A stretch of DNA of 64,000 nucleotides from Chloroflexota bacterium (GTDB taxonomy: Bacteria; Chloroflexota; Dehalococcoidia; Lucifugimonadales; Australimonadaceae), in the NCBI GenBank assembly GCA_009838965.1, contig VXQP01000078.1, forward strand, positions 388-64,387, written 5' to 3'. A program made the translations under genes and the position numbers. Shown piece after piece: positions 50,381 to 60,323 of the stretch; the first letter of the stretch is position 1, and the number at the start of each line of letters is the position of its first letter. The notes below the pieces were generated by a model, which saw only the letters and a list, made by a program, of their open reading frames with translations, was not told where the DNA came from and made no database searches.

Positions 50381-51226
50381 CTACGGCTCGCCGCGTCCGC
50401 GCCGGAAGAGCTTGCGCCACAGGAAGCCGGGCAGCCGCCAGAACGCGAGGCGACGCCCGATGCGGCGCAGGAGGCCGGGGCCGCGCTCCGCTTTCTCCGC
50501 CCGCGCACCGCGCCGCAGCCGCTCGCCGAACCGCGCCAGCAGGATGCCGAACAGGTAGAGGACGATGATCGGCACGGCGACGAACGTCTGGTTCACGGGG
50601 TCGAACGTCGGGGTGATCATCGCGGCGGCGATGAACGCGAGCAGCACGGCGAAGCGCCACCTGCGCATCAGCCATCGCGAGCTGACGACGCCGAGGCGTC
50701 CGAGCGCGAAGAGCACCAGCGGTATCTGGAAGACGACGCCCATCCAGAACATGAGCGACGTGATGACGTTGACATAGCTGGCGATGCGTATCTCCGGGTT
50801 CACGTTCTCCGAGCCGAAGTTGAAGAGGAAGTAGAACGCCGGAGGGAAGAGCACGTAGTAGCCGAACGCCACGCCGGCGCCGAACGCGATAAGCACGCCC
50901 GGCAGGAAGAGGAAGACGTAGAGCCGCTCCCGCGCGGTGAGGCCGGGCGAGGCGAACATGATGACGTGGTAGAGCACGACGGGGAGCGAGGCGGCGAATG
51001 CAACGAGGAGCGTCACCTTGAACGTCACGCCCACCGTCTCCAGCACTTCGGTCGCTATCGGTTTCTCGTCGAGCTGCGAGAAGCCGGGCTCCAGCAGGAA
51101 GGCGAAGATGGGGTTGCGGAAGACGAATGCCACGATCATCGCGAGGATGACGAACCCGACGACGATAACGAGCCGCCTGCGCAACTCCTCCAGGTGCTCG
51201 CGGAGCGTCATCTCCTTCGCGGCCAT
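50381..51226 (-). CDS. tatC: Twin-arginine translocase TatC
   Basis: 'MTLREHLEELRRRL', 'FASPGLTARE', 'FQIP', 'ITPTFDP'. Confidence 0.96.
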   Translation of the reverse strand: MAAKEMTLREHLEELRRRLVIVVGFVILAMIVAFVFRNPIFAFLLEPGFSQLDEKPIATEVLETVGVTFKVTLLVAFAASLPVVLYHVIMFASPGLTARERLYVFLFLPGVLIAFGAGVAFGYYVLFPPAFYFLFNFGSENVNPEIRIASYVNVITSLMFWMGVVFQIPLVLFALGRLGVVSSRWLMRRWRFAVLLAFIAAAMITPTFDPVNQTFVAVPIIVLYLFGILLARFGERLRRGARAEKAERGPGLLRRIGRRLAFWRLPGFLWRKLFRRGRGEP

Positions 51227-51228
51227 CG

Positions 51229-51519
51229 CTACCGCGCCTCCGGGGGCCCGTCTTCAGCGCCGTCTGTCTCATCGCCCGAGCCTTCGCGGGCGACGGCATC
51301 CTCCGGTTCGGGGAGCGGGTCGCGGGGTGCGCTGCGGGGCGGCGGCGCATCGAGGCTCACTGTGGCCGCGTCGGCCGCGGCGCGCAATACGTGTTGGGCC
51401 TCGCGCCAGAACTTCCCCGCCGCACGCGCCGCATCGACCATACGTCCCGGCCCCAGCAGCACGAGCGCGAGCAGCAGTATCCAGATGAGCTCGAGGTTGC
51501 CGATGCCGAGGATGTTCAT
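51229..51519 (-). CDS. tatB: Twin-arginine translocase TatB-like subunit
   Basis: 'MNILGIGNLELIWILLLALVLLGPGRM', immediately upstream of tatC. Confidence 0.8.
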   Translation of the reverse strand: MNILGIGNLELIWILLLALVLLGPGRMVDAARAAGKFWREAQHVLRAAADAATVSLDAPPPRSAPRDPLPEPEDAVAREGSGDETDGAEDGPPEAR

Positions 51520-53426
51520 CGCTTGCTGCGTCCGCTGAGGGGTTTCGGGTGCACCTGCCCTGTGCACGCCGGGCAGCGCTCCAGCGCGGGCCACTGCTCC
51601 CATGACTCATTGAGGGGGAGACGCGGGCGCAGCCGGAGCCCGAAGCGCTCAGCCAGTTTAAGCGTCTCGCAGACCGGCAGGCCGACGACGTTCAGGTAGC
51701 AGCCGCGCACCTCAGACGCCGGAGCGAACGCCTCGTCCTGCACGCCGTACGCGCCCGCCTTGTCCATCGGCGCGCCGGAGGCGACGTAGGCCGCGATCTC
51801 GTCGTCGGTGTAGTCGCGCATCACCACGCGCGACGCCCGGTACGCCTCCGCCGTCTCGCCGGTCGCGGCGTCGACGAGCGCCACCGCGGTGATGACGCGG
51901 TGCTCGCGGCCACGGAGGTCGCGCAGCATCCGCGCGGCGTCTCCATCGTCGACGGGTTTGCCGAGCACGGCACCGTCCAGCTCGACGACGGTGTCGGCGC
52001 CGAGCACCGTTCCCGCGCTCCTTCGGGATGCGACGGCGCGGGCCTTCGCGAGCGCCAGCCCCTGAGCGACTTCGACCGGGTCCGCTCCGGGGGCAGCTTC
52101 CGGTTCGTCCACGCCCGGCTCCACCGTCTCGAACGGCAGCCCCAGCCGTCCGAGTATCTCGGTGCGGCGCGGCGACGACGACGCGAGTACGAGCGCCTCC
52201 CGCGCACGCAGCGCCGCAAGCCGTTCGTCGTCACGGGCGAGCGTCGCAACCGCCTCGACGTGGTACGTCTGCGGGAACATATCGACGGGCCGCACCTGCT
52301 CGATGCGGAACGGCCCCGCGGTGAGTATCGCGAGGTCGCGCGCAAGCGTTTCGGGGTCGCACGAGACGTAGACGACGCGCTCGGGCGGCACGTCCAGCAG
52401 CGCGTCGAGCGTCCCGGGCATGCAACCGGCACGCGGCGGGTCCAGCAGCACGGCATCGACGCCTTCCGCGGCGAGTTCCGACAGCACGTCCTCTGTGCGC
52501 GCCTGCCGCAGCTCCACGTTCGGGATGCCCTCGATGTTCACGCGTGCGTCGGCCACCGCCGACTTGGACTCCTCGACCGCGATGACGCGCTGCGCGCGAT
52601 CGGCCATGAGCACGGCGAACGTCGCGACGCCGGCGTAGGCGTCGACGACGGTCTGCGAGCCGTCCAGGCGCAGTAGACTCATGACGAGCTCGGCCATCTG
52701 CTCGGCCTGGCGGGTGTTCACCTGGAAGAAGGACGGGGAGCTCACGCGGAAGCGGTGGCCGAGCAGCGCCTCGTGGTAGTGCCTCTGGCCGGACGCAAGT
52801 GGCACGTCCATATTCTGGAAGGTCGGCTGCAGCAGGTAGTCGCCGGTGTGGACGCCGTAGCGGAGGGAGAGCTGGGTCGTCTCGGCGGCGTGTCCCTGGA
52901 GCGACGCCAGCGCGTGGTTGATCCACGGCGCCATCAGCAGGCACTCCTCTACCTCGACGTGGCGGCGGCGCTCCTTGTGGACGTAGCCGAGCCGTCCGCC
53001 CTGCTTGCTCACGGTGAACCGCGCGTGGTTGCGGTAGCCCAGCGTGTCGGGGCTGGGGAGTGTGGGCTGCGGCTCGACGTCCAGCCCGCCGACGCGCTGC
53101 AGGGCGTCCGACAGCGCCTCGCGCTTCATCTCCAACTGGCGTTCGTAGGCGACGTGCTGCCACTGGCAGCCGGTGCACTCGCCGAAGTAGTGGCACGCGG
53201 GCTCGACGCGGTGCGGCGAGGGGTCCGCAACGTCCGTCACGCGCGCGGCGACGTAGCCCCGGCGGGTCGCGACGACTTCCGCGGTAACGGTCTCGCCGGG
53301 GATGCCGCCGAAGACGAACACGGGCTTGCCGTCGTCGGTCTCGGCAAGCGCCTCGCCGTGCCTGCCGAAGGCGTGCAGGCGCAGCGTGAGCGTCGGCGTC
53401 TCCTCGTTTGAGGGCGAATCGGGCAT
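51516..53426 (-). CDS. rlmD: Fusion: 23S rRNA m5U methyltransferase (RlmD/TrmA family) + Maf nucleoside-triphosphate pyrophosphatase
   Basis: TRAM-like N-terminus, CxxxxxCxGC, 'SFFQVN', 'DPPRAGC', 'YVSCDP', 'DMFPQTYHVE'. Then in frame 'LVLASSSPRR', 'GADTVV', 'GKP', 'DKAGAYGVQ', 'NVVGLP'. Confidence 0.9.
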   Translation of the reverse strand: MPDSPSNEETPTLTLRLHAFGRHGEALAETDDGKPVFVFGGIPGETVTAEVVATRRGYVAARVTDVADPSPHRVEPACHYFGECTGCQWQHVAYERQLEMKREALSDALQRVGGLDVEPQPTLPSPDTLGYRNHARFTVSKQGGRLGYVHKERRRHVEVEECLLMAPWINHALASLQGHAAETTQLSLRYGVHTGDYLLQPTFQNMDVPLASGQRHYHEALLGHRFRVSSPSFFQVNTRQAEQMAELVMSLLRLDGSQTVVDAYAGVATFAVLMADRAQRVIAVEESKSAVADARVNIEGIPNVELRQARTEDVLSELAAEGVDAVLLDPPRAGCMPGTLDALLDVPPERVVYVSCDPETLARDLAILTAGPFRIEQVRPVDMFPQTYHVEAVATLARDDERLAALRAREALVLASSSPRRTEILGRLGLPFETVEPGVDEPEAAPGADPVEVAQGLALAKARAVASRRSAGTVLGADTVVELDGAVLGKPVDDGDAARMLRDLRGREHRVITAVALVDAATGETAEAYRASRVVMRDYTDDEIAAYVASGAPMDKAGAYGVQDEAFAPASEVRGCYLNVVGLPVCETLKLAERFGLRLRPRLPLNESWEQWPALERCPACTGQVHPKPLSGRSKR

Positions 53427-53475
53427 GCGGTAGATGGTATCAGGGTTGAGGTGGGCGACAGACAGGGAGTGGGGA

Positions 53476-54537
53476 CTAGCCGACAGCCTTGAAGGCCTCC
53501 AGAAGGCGGGTGGCGGCGGCGCGGGGGTCGTCGGACTGGGTGACGGCGGCGATGACACAGATCCCGTCGGCGCCGGCGCGGGCGACCTCTCCGACGTTTT
53601 CCGCCGTGATGCCGCCTATCGCAAGCAGCGGCGGACCACCGGCCGGCATGGCGTCGCGCACAGCGCGCAGCGTCTCCGGCCCCGCCGGGCGGGTGTCGGC
53701 CTTCGAGCCGGTGGGGAACATGCGCCCCACCGCGACGTAGTCCGCGCCTGCCTGCACCGACACGTCAGCCTCGGTCGTGAGTGCGTTGGACGTGCCCGCT
53801 ATCTGCCACGGGCGCAGCGAGGCACGGGCAGCCGCAACGGGCATGTCGTTCTGTCCGAGGTGGACGCCGTCCGCGTCCACGGCGACGGCGACGTCCGGAT
53901 GATCGTTGATGATGAGCGCAGCGCCCGCTTCCGCACAGACGCCGCGCAGCGCCTCGGCGAGCGGCAGCCAGCGACCCTTGTCGGTCTCCTTCACACGCAG
54001 TTGGATGGCGGTCGCGCCTCCGGCAACGGCCTGCTCCGCGACCCAGACAGGGTCGCGGTCGAGCGTCAGCGACGGGTCGACTATGACGTACAGCCCGTGC
54101 AGCCGCTCGGCCCTGCGCCTGCGGACGAGGCTCGCGGCGGCGAGTTCCGTGCGTGCCATCGTCTCCGCGAGGTAGGTGAGGTGCGGACTCTCGGGCGTGC
54201 GCTCGTTGAGAGCGCTGCTCGCCTGTCCGAGCGTCCGGAGCGCGCCGAGGAGCGCGGTGTAGCGCACCTCCAGCCTGCCCGGCCATTCGAGGCGCGCAGC
54301 CTCCTCGACGGCGCGGTCTATCGCGGCCATCGCCTCGTCCGCGAGCGCGTCCAGCCCCATGCGGCGCGCCGCCTCCATGCGTGAGCGCGCACGGGCGTCA
54401 TTGGCCGCGACGCCGGAGATGGCCACCTCTCCAGAGGCGGCAGCCTCGAAGTCGCGCCGTACGTAGCGCAGCGCGTCGATCAGCCACTCACGCGTGAAGT
54501 GTGGGGCCTCAGCGGGGTTGGAACCGTTCGATGTCAT
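53476..54537 (-). CDS. thiE: Thiamine-phosphate synthase with N-terminal helical extension
   Basis: 'IQLRVK', 'IINDH', 'DGVHLGQND', 'FPTGSK', 'AIGGI'. Confidence 0.9.
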   Translation of the reverse strand: MTSNGSNPAEAPHFTREWLIDALRYVRRDFEAAASGEVAISGVAANDARARSRMEAARRMGLDALADEAMAAIDRAVEEAARLEWPGRLEVRYTALLGALRTLGQASSALNERTPESPHLTYLAETMARTELAAASLVRRRRAERLHGLYVIVDPSLTLDRDPVWVAEQAVAGGATAIQLRVKETDKGRWLPLAEALRGVCAEAGAALIINDHPDVAVAVDADGVHLGQNDMPVAAARASLRPWQIAGTSNALTTEADVSVQAGADYVAVGRMFPTGSKADTRPAGPETLRAVRDAMPAGGPPLLAIGGITAENVGEVARAGADGICVIAAVTQSDDPRAAATRLLEAFKAVG

Positions 54538-54575
54538 AGGCGTGTCCTCCAGCGTTGCTACGCTACAATAGCCGT

Positions 54576-55226
54576 ATGCCCGCCGCACGGCCAGCAAGCA
54601 GCCCGTCCCCCTCCTCCGACCCCACGACCGCAGACCCCGGCGCAACGAAGTTCGGGGAGGTCGTCGAGGCGTCGGTGGACAGTGTCACGGGACAGTGCCA
54701 CACGCTGTACGGCGCGCCGCCGCTCGGAACGCTCGTGCGTGTTGGCGCATCGCTTTTCGCCGTCGTAGACGGCGTGAGCACGGCGGCACTCGACCCGGGC
54801 AGGCGCGTCATCGCGCGCGGCGCCGGGCTGGAGTCGGAGTCGGACGTGTACGCGGAGAACCCGCAGTTGGAACGACTGCTCCGCACCGACGTGACGCTCA
54901 CGGTCGTCGGCCACGAGGAGGGCGGACGTTACTTCCAGCACCTGCCGCCGCTGCCGCCCCGCATCCACACGTTCCTCTATGCCTGTTCCGGAGCGGAGGT
55001 GCGCGGGTTCATGGAGCGGAGCGACTGGACGGCGCTCGTGCTCGCAAGCGCGCTGCCCACCGCCGACGACGTGCTCGCCGCGGCGCTTCGAGAGGCGGCG
55101 CCGCATTTCGACGCTCCCCGCGCGTTCCTGATGCAGACGTGCCGGGCGATAGCGTCGCAACTGCCCACGGATGCCGCACGGCTCGCCGCGATCATGCGGC
55201 GGCTCCCCCTGAGCGAGGACTCGTGA
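54576..55226 (+). CDS. HAS-barrel domain protein (HerA-associated)
   Basis: 'GEVVEAS', 'PPLGTLV', 'ENPQLERLL', 'QHLPPLPPRIH'. Stop overlaps the herA start. TACAAT 6 nt before ATG. Confidence 0.7.
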   Translation: MPAARPASSPSPSSDPTTADPGATKFGEVVEASVDSVTGQCHTLYGAPPLGTLVRVGASLFAVVDGVSTAALDPGRRVIARGAGLESESDVYAENPQLERLLRTDVTLTVVGHEEGGRYFQHLPPLPPRIHTFLYACSGAEVRGFMERSDWTALVLASALPTADDVLAAALREAAPHFDAPRAFLMQTCRAIASQLPTDAARLAAIMRRLPLSEDS

Positions 55227-56851
55227 CCACGAACGGCACGGAACCCGCGTTCCCCGTCCGCATCGGCGCGGTCGTGGGCGGTTCGCTGTCGCGCGGGCTC
55301 GACGTGCGGCTGGAATCGGCGCGCGCGGTCGAGGACGTGAAGGTCGGCACGTTCGTCACCGTGCAGGGGCAGTTCAACCGTTTCTTCGGCATCGTGACGG
55401 ACCTGCAGCTGGAGAGCAGCGACCCGCGCATGGCATCGGCGGTCGCCGGAGGCGGCGCCGCGCTGGCTGAGGCGCTCTCCGGCACGACGGCGTACTCGAC
55501 GGCGTCGGTGACGCCGATGCTGACGATGACCGCGGGCGACGAGGGGCCGCAGCCGGCGCGCTCGATGCCGCCGCACTTCGCGAACGCCTACCGGGCGTCC
55601 AACGACGACGTGGCCGCCGTCTTCGGCAGCGAGGACGCGCGCCACATCTGGATCGGCAGCCCGCTGGACATGGAGGACACGCGCGTCTGCCTGAACCTCG
55701 AGGAGTTCGTGAAACGCTCCAACGGGGTCTTCGGCAAGAGCGGCTCCGGCAAGAGCTTCCTCACGCGCATCCTGCTCGCGGGCATCCTGCAGCGCAACGC
55801 GGCCATCAACCTCGTGTTCGACATGCACAGCGAGTACGGCTGGCAGTCCACGTCCGAGTCCGGCTACGCCGCAAAGGGGCTGAAGCAGCTGTTCGGGAGC
55901 AGGGTCTCGGTGTTCACGCTGGACCCTGCGTCGTCGCGCCGCCGAGGCGCCCCAACGGATTACGACGTGGTCATCGGGTTCGACGAGATCGAGCCGGACG
56001 ACATCGCGGTGCTCGCCTCCACGCTGCACGTGACCGATCTCGGCGTGCAGTCGTGCTACGCGCTGGAGCGCCGCTTCGGGCGGAACTGGCTGCTGGAGTT
56101 CCTGAACCACTCGCAGGAGGACCTGGCATCCCTCGCGGACTCGATGGGCGAGAACCCGGGGACGCTCGGTGCGCTGCGGCGCAGGCTCTCCCAACTGCAG
56201 CGGTTCGGGTTCATGTCGGAGCATTCGACGGGCGGCAGCGCTGTGCGCCAGGTGCTGGAGCACCTGCAGGACAACCGCCACGTCGTGCTGGAGTTCGGCA
56301 GCTACGGCGACAACATCGCGGCCTACCTGCTGGTGGCGAACCTCATCACGCGGCGCATCCACGGCGAATACCGCGAGCGGACCGAGAAGGCGCTCGCCGA
56401 GGGCAAGCCCCAGCCGACACCGCTCCTCATCACCATCGAGGAGGCGCACCGCTTCCTCGACCCCGGCGTCGCGGGGCAGACGATCTTCGGGACGATCGCG
56501 CGGGAGATGCGGAAGTACCGCGTGACGCTGCTCGTGGTGGACCAGCGTCCGTCCGGCATCGACGGCGAGGTGCTGAGCCAGGTGGGCACGCGCATCGTCT
56601 GCCAACTGGACAACGACCGCGACGTCGACGCGGTGCTGACCGGCGCGCCGGGCTCCCGAGAGTTGAAGACCGTGCTCTCGCGGCTGGAGTCGCAGCAACA
56701 GTCGCTCATGTTCGGGCACGCGCTCCCGATGCCGGTGGTCGTGCGGACCCGGGCGTACGACGAGTCGTTCTACGCAGATATGAGCGTGCCCGGACACGGC
56801 TCGGCGCCTGGGGCGGCTTCCACTCCATCGAGGAGCGACCTGTTCGGCTGA
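55223..56851 (+). CDS. herA: HerA/FtsK-family ATPase (DUF87)
   Basis: N-terminal HAS barrel, GKSGSGKS, 'FDMHSEY', 'IEEAHRF', 'AREMRKY', 'DQRPS'. Confidence 0.88.
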   Translation: MTTNGTEPAFPVRIGAVVGGSLSRGLDVRLESARAVEDVKVGTFVTVQGQFNRFFGIVTDLQLESSDPRMASAVAGGGAALAEALSGTTAYSTASVTPMLTMTAGDEGPQPARSMPPHFANAYRASNDDVAAVFGSEDARHIWIGSPLDMEDTRVCLNLEEFVKRSNGVFGKSGSGKSFLTRILLAGILQRNAAINLVFDMHSEYGWQSTSESGYAAKGLKQLFGSRVSVFTLDPASSRRRGAPTDYDVVIGFDEIEPDDIAVLASTLHVTDLGVQSCYALERRFGRNWLLEFLNHSQEDLASLADSMGENPGTLGALRRRLSQLQRFGFMSEHSTGGSAVRQVLEHLQDNRHVVLEFGSYGDNIAAYLLVANLITRRIHGEYRERTEKALAEGKPQPTPLLITIEEAHRFLDPGVAGQTIFGTIAREMRKYRVTLLVVDQRPSGIDGEVLSQVGTRIVCQLDNDRDVDAVLTGAPGSRELKTVLSRLESQQQSLMFGHALPMPVVVRTRAYDESFYADMSVPGHGSAPGAASTPSRSDLFG

Positions 56852-56861
56852 GACCGCGCCC

Positions 56862-57863
56862 ATGGCTTTCCTCTCCACGCTCTTCTCCATCATCAGGAGC
56901 CCACGCTTCCTCGTCCCGTTCGGGTTCGCGCTCGGCGGGTTCTTCCTCTACCTGACGATACGCGGCATCGAATGGGGAGAGGTGGGCGAGCAGCTGGCGG
57001 AGACGTCGCTCCTGGCAGTAGCAGCCGCCGTCGCGATCATGCTCTTCTCCAGCTTCCTGCGTGCCTACCGGTGGCGGCTGATGTGGACGTCCGAACGCGT
57101 CACCACCTGGCGTCTCTTCAACGTGGAGATGGCTGCGCTGGGCCTGAACAACTTCGCGCCGGTGCGCCTGATGGACGAACCCGCCGTGCTGACGATGCTG
57201 ACGCTGCGGGACAGGCATCCGGCGGCGACCGTGGTGGCCACCATCGTGATGACGCGCGTGCAGGACATCATGTTCACGATGGTGTTCGCGTTCACGGCGA
57301 TCGTGTCCGAGCCGCGGATAGCAGACTTCGCAGGCCCCGCGATCTACCTGAGCGGGATACTCATCGTCTTCTTCGTGCTGTTGCTGAACCTGGGGCGGGT
57401 AGCGCGCCGCATCACTCTCCTGGGAAAGATACCGGGGATCCTCACCTACGAGCAGACGATAAGCGAGGCGATGCGGCGGAAGCGGGAGTTGGCGACCACG
57501 GGATCGCTGACCATCATCTACTCGCTCCTGCTGGGGCCATGCGCATGGGTGCTGGCGCAGGGCATGGGGATCGAGATCTCGATCTTCCAGGCGACCATCG
57601 TCGCGCTCGGCGCGATCTTCTTCGCGACGTCGCTGCCGGGGCTGCCGGGCGCCGTCGGCACATTCGAACTTGCTGTGGTAGAGATACTGGCGCTATGGGA
57701 CGTACCCCGCGAGCTGGGGATCGGGTTCGGGCTCATCCTGCACCTCGTGCTGCTCGGGCCGACGACCCTCTTCGCCGTCGTGGTGCTGCCACGCGAGGGC
57801 ATCGGGCTCATGCAAGGCTGGCGGGGACTCCTGCACGAACCGCACCACGATGAGGGAAGCTGA
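56862..57863 (+). CDS. Lysylphosphatidylglycerol synthase TM-domain / flippase-like protein (UPF0104)
   Basis: 'LRAYRWR', 'NNFAP', 'LPGAVGTFE'. Confidence 0.85.
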   Translation: MAFLSTLFSIIRSPRFLVPFGFALGGFFLYLTIRGIEWGEVGEQLAETSLLAVAAAVAIMLFSSFLRAYRWRLMWTSERVTTWRLFNVEMAALGLNNFAPVRLMDEPAVLTMLTLRDRHPAATVVATIVMTRVQDIMFTMVFAFTAIVSEPRIADFAGPAIYLSGILIVFFVLLLNLGRVARRITLLGKIPGILTYEQTISEAMRRKRELATTGSLTIIYSLLLGPCAWVLAQGMGIEISIFQATIVALGAIFFATSLPGLPGAVGTFELAVVEILALWDVPRELGIGFGLILHLVLLGPTTLFAVVVLPREGIGLMQGWRGLLHEPHHDEGS

Positions 57864-57932
57864 ATCTCTACATGCGTGCACGTATCCGCCGTAAGTGCTA
57901 CGATTAACATAGCGCCGGAGGGGGTATGAGCC

Positions 57933-58994
57933 ATGGAATTCATCGAGTACATGCAGGCGAGCGGGCACGAAGAGCTGGCCGTCTGGACAGACCCCGCTAA
58001 CGGTGTGAAGGCGTTCATCGCCATCCACGACCGCACGCTCGGTCCATCGCTCGGCGGCACGCGCATCTGGCCGCATCCCACGGACGAAGACGCCATCATG
58101 GACGTCCTGCGTCTCTCCCGTGCGATGACGTACAAGTCCGCGGCTGCGGGCCTCAACCTCGGCGGGGGCAAGGGGCTCATCGTGGCCGACCCGCGCACCG
58201 ACAAGACGGAGGCGATGTTCCGTTCCTACGGCCGGTTCGTGGAGTCGCTCGGCGGGCGCTACGTCACGACCGAGGACGTGGGCGCGAACACGCAGAACAT
58301 GGTGTGGATAGCGGAGGAGACGCAGCACGTCGTAGGCCTGCCGGAGGAGTTGGGCGGCAGCGGCAACCCCGCGGGGATGACCGGGTTCGGCGTGTTCCAG
58401 GCGATGCGCGCCTGCGCCGAGGCTGCATGGGGCAGCGATTCGCTGGAAGGGCGGCGCGTCGCCATCCAGGGTTTCGGCAACGCCGCGTCGTCGCTCGCGG
58501 CGCACCTCGTCAAGGCGGGCGCGGAGCTCATCGTGACCGACATCCACGACGACGCGCTGCAGCGAACCGCGGGTCTTCCGCGCACATCGCTCGTGGCGGC
58601 GGACGCCATCTACGACGCGGAGTGCGACGTGTTCGCGCCATGCGCGCTCGGCGGCACGCTGAACGAGGCAACTCTGCCCCGGCTGCGGTGCCGGGTGATC
58701 TGCGGCGCGGCGAACAACCAGCTCGCCACGCCGGAGGACGCGCACCGGCTCGTTGAGCGCGGCATCGTGTACGCGCCCGACTTCATCGCGAACGCAGGCG
58801 GCGTGACGAACGTGTACTTCGAGCTGGGGCAGCCCTACGACCGCGAAGGCGCGCGCGCCCACACCGCAACCATCTACGACACGATGCAGCGGGTGCTCGC
58901 GATAGCAGACGCTGATGGCATCACCACAGCAGAGGCGGCGAACCGGCTCGCGGAGGAGCGTCTCACGGCGGCGCGCGCCGCCCGCGTGGGATAG
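57933..58994 (+). CDS. Leu/Phe/Val dehydrogenase
   Basis: 'IAIHDRTLGPSLGGTR', 'MTYKSA', 'GGGKG', 'EDVG', 'GAANNQL', 'APDFIANAGG'. Confidence 0.93.
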   Translation: MEFIEYMQASGHEELAVWTDPANGVKAFIAIHDRTLGPSLGGTRIWPHPTDEDAIMDVLRLSRAMTYKSAAAGLNLGGGKGLIVADPRTDKTEAMFRSYGRFVESLGGRYVTTEDVGANTQNMVWIAEETQHVVGLPEELGGSGNPAGMTGFGVFQAMRACAEAAWGSDSLEGRRVAIQGFGNAASSLAAHLVKAGAELIVTDIHDDALQRTAGLPRTSLVAADAIYDAECDVFAPCALGGTLNEATLPRLRCRVICGAANNQLATPEDAHRLVERGIVYAPDFIANAGGVTNVYFELGQPYDREGARAHTATIYDTMQRVLAIADADGITTAEAANRLAEERLTAARAARVG

Positions 58995-59000
58995 CTGCGG

Positions 59001-59405
59001 CTACGCAACGCCCCACGCTTCGAGTTCCGCGTCCGTGATGCTGAAGTGGTGCGCGACCTCGTGCACGAGCGTCTTGCGCACTTCCTCCATCACCTCTTCC
59101 TCGGTTTCGCACATCTCCTCGATGGGGACCTGGAAGATGGTGATCACGTCCGGCAGGACCATGTTGTAGCCATCGCGGTCGGTGAGGGGCACGCCCTCGT
59201 AAAGTCCGAGCAACGTCTCGTCCTGCCTGAGTCCCAGCGACCTGCGTTGCCGTTTCGTCGGCTGGCGCCGCACCTGGATGTCCACGTTGTTGCTCAGGAG
59301 GTTCTCCACAAATACGGGCCATCCTTCTTTCTTCTCGTCAGGCCAGTCGTCCGCTACCTCTTCGACCGCGCGCCTGACCAGTTCCTCGAACCGCCGCTTG
59401 CGCAT
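59001..59405 (-). CDS. Zincin-like metallopeptidase (Zincin_1/DUF1025)
   Basis: 'LLGLYEGVPLTDR', 'LPDVITIF', 'HEVAHHF'. Confidence 0.88.
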   Translation of the reverse strand: MRKRRFEELVRRAVEEVADDWPDEKKEGWPVFVENLLSNNVDIQVRRQPTKRQRRSLGLRQDETLLGLYEGVPLTDRDGYNMVLPDVITIFQVPIEEMCETEEEVMEEVRKTLVHEVAHHFSITDAELEAWGVA

Positions 59406-59411
59406 CGCGGA

Positions 59412-60272
59412 TCAGCCCGCGTCCGGCGCGGCGCGCTCACGCACGTCTTTCATGGTGGTGATGTTCGGCTCGTCCGGCCCCTTGCCCTCGTAGCCCGGCA
59501 CTTCCAGGTAGAACGGCACGTTGGCGAACGCGGAGTGGCCGAGTATCGACTCGAACGCGCCGATACCCATCTGCCCCTCGCCGATGTTCTCGTGCCGGTC
59601 GACCGCGCCGCCAAGGGGAGGCTTGGAGTCGTTGCAGTGGACGGCGACGAGGTGCCCTATGCCGATGTCGCGGTCAAACTCGTCCATCACAGCGTCGACG
59701 CCGTCCGGGGTGCGGAGGTCGTAGCCCGCGGCGAAGGAGTGCTGCGTGTCGAGGCAGACCTGCACGCGCGGGTCATCCAACTCGCGGACGAACGCGCCGA
59801 TCTCGGCGAACTTGGAGCCGATGTGGTTGCCCATGCCCGCGCTGTTCTCCAGGATGAGCTGCACGTCCGGCGGCGACTCGGCCAACACCTCGCGGATGCC
59901 CTCGATGACCTGACCGAACACACCCTCGAAGCCGCGTCCCTTGTGGCTGTTAAGGTGGAAGATGACGCCCTGCACGCCCATGTCGCCCGCGACGTTCATG
60001 TACTTGACGAGCGACGCCTTGCCGCGCTGAACGAGCGCGGGATCGTCCGCGGCGAGGCTGACGAGGTAGATGCCGTGGAAGACGTTGGGGCCGACGCCGT
60101 TCTCGAACGCCTTCCGCTTGAACTCCGCGACGATCTTCTCGTCAGGGACCTTGAAGCCCCACCCCTGCGGGGCCGAGGGGAAGAGTTGGATGCACTCCGC
60201 GCCGATGTCCAGCGCCCTGTCTATGGCCTTGTCCAGCGAACCCGATCCTGAAACGTGAGCCCCGATGCGCAA
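59412..60272 (-). CDS. nfo: Endonuclease IV
   Basis: 'IGAHVS', 'LENSAG', 'CLDTQH', 'HCNDSK', 'DRHENIG', 'LEVP'. Confidence 0.95.
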   Translation of the reverse strand: MRIGAHVSGSGSLDKAIDRALDIGAECIQLFPSAPQGWGFKVPDEKIVAEFKRKAFENGVGPNVFHGIYLVSLAADDPALVQRGKASLVKYMNVAGDMGVQGVIFHLNSHKGRGFEGVFGQVIEGIREVLAESPPDVQLILENSAGMGNHIGSKFAEIGAFVRELDDPRVQVCLDTQHSFAAGYDLRTPDGVDAVMDEFDRDIGIGHLVAVHCNDSKPPLGGAVDRHENIGEGQMGIGAFESILGHSAFANVPFYLEVPGYEGKGPDEPNITTMKDVRERAAPDAG

Positions 60273-60323
60273 TGCATCCCTCCTGCGGCAGCGGCTGTGC
60301 CCGACCCACCCCGCACAGGATGC

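Noticed and set aside
20443-56851. SIR2-HerA (Nezha-type) two-gene defence system
   Set aside because: The genes are about 31 kb apart, herA has host-like composition with a HAS-barrel partner, and the SIR2 protein is the large stand-alone type.
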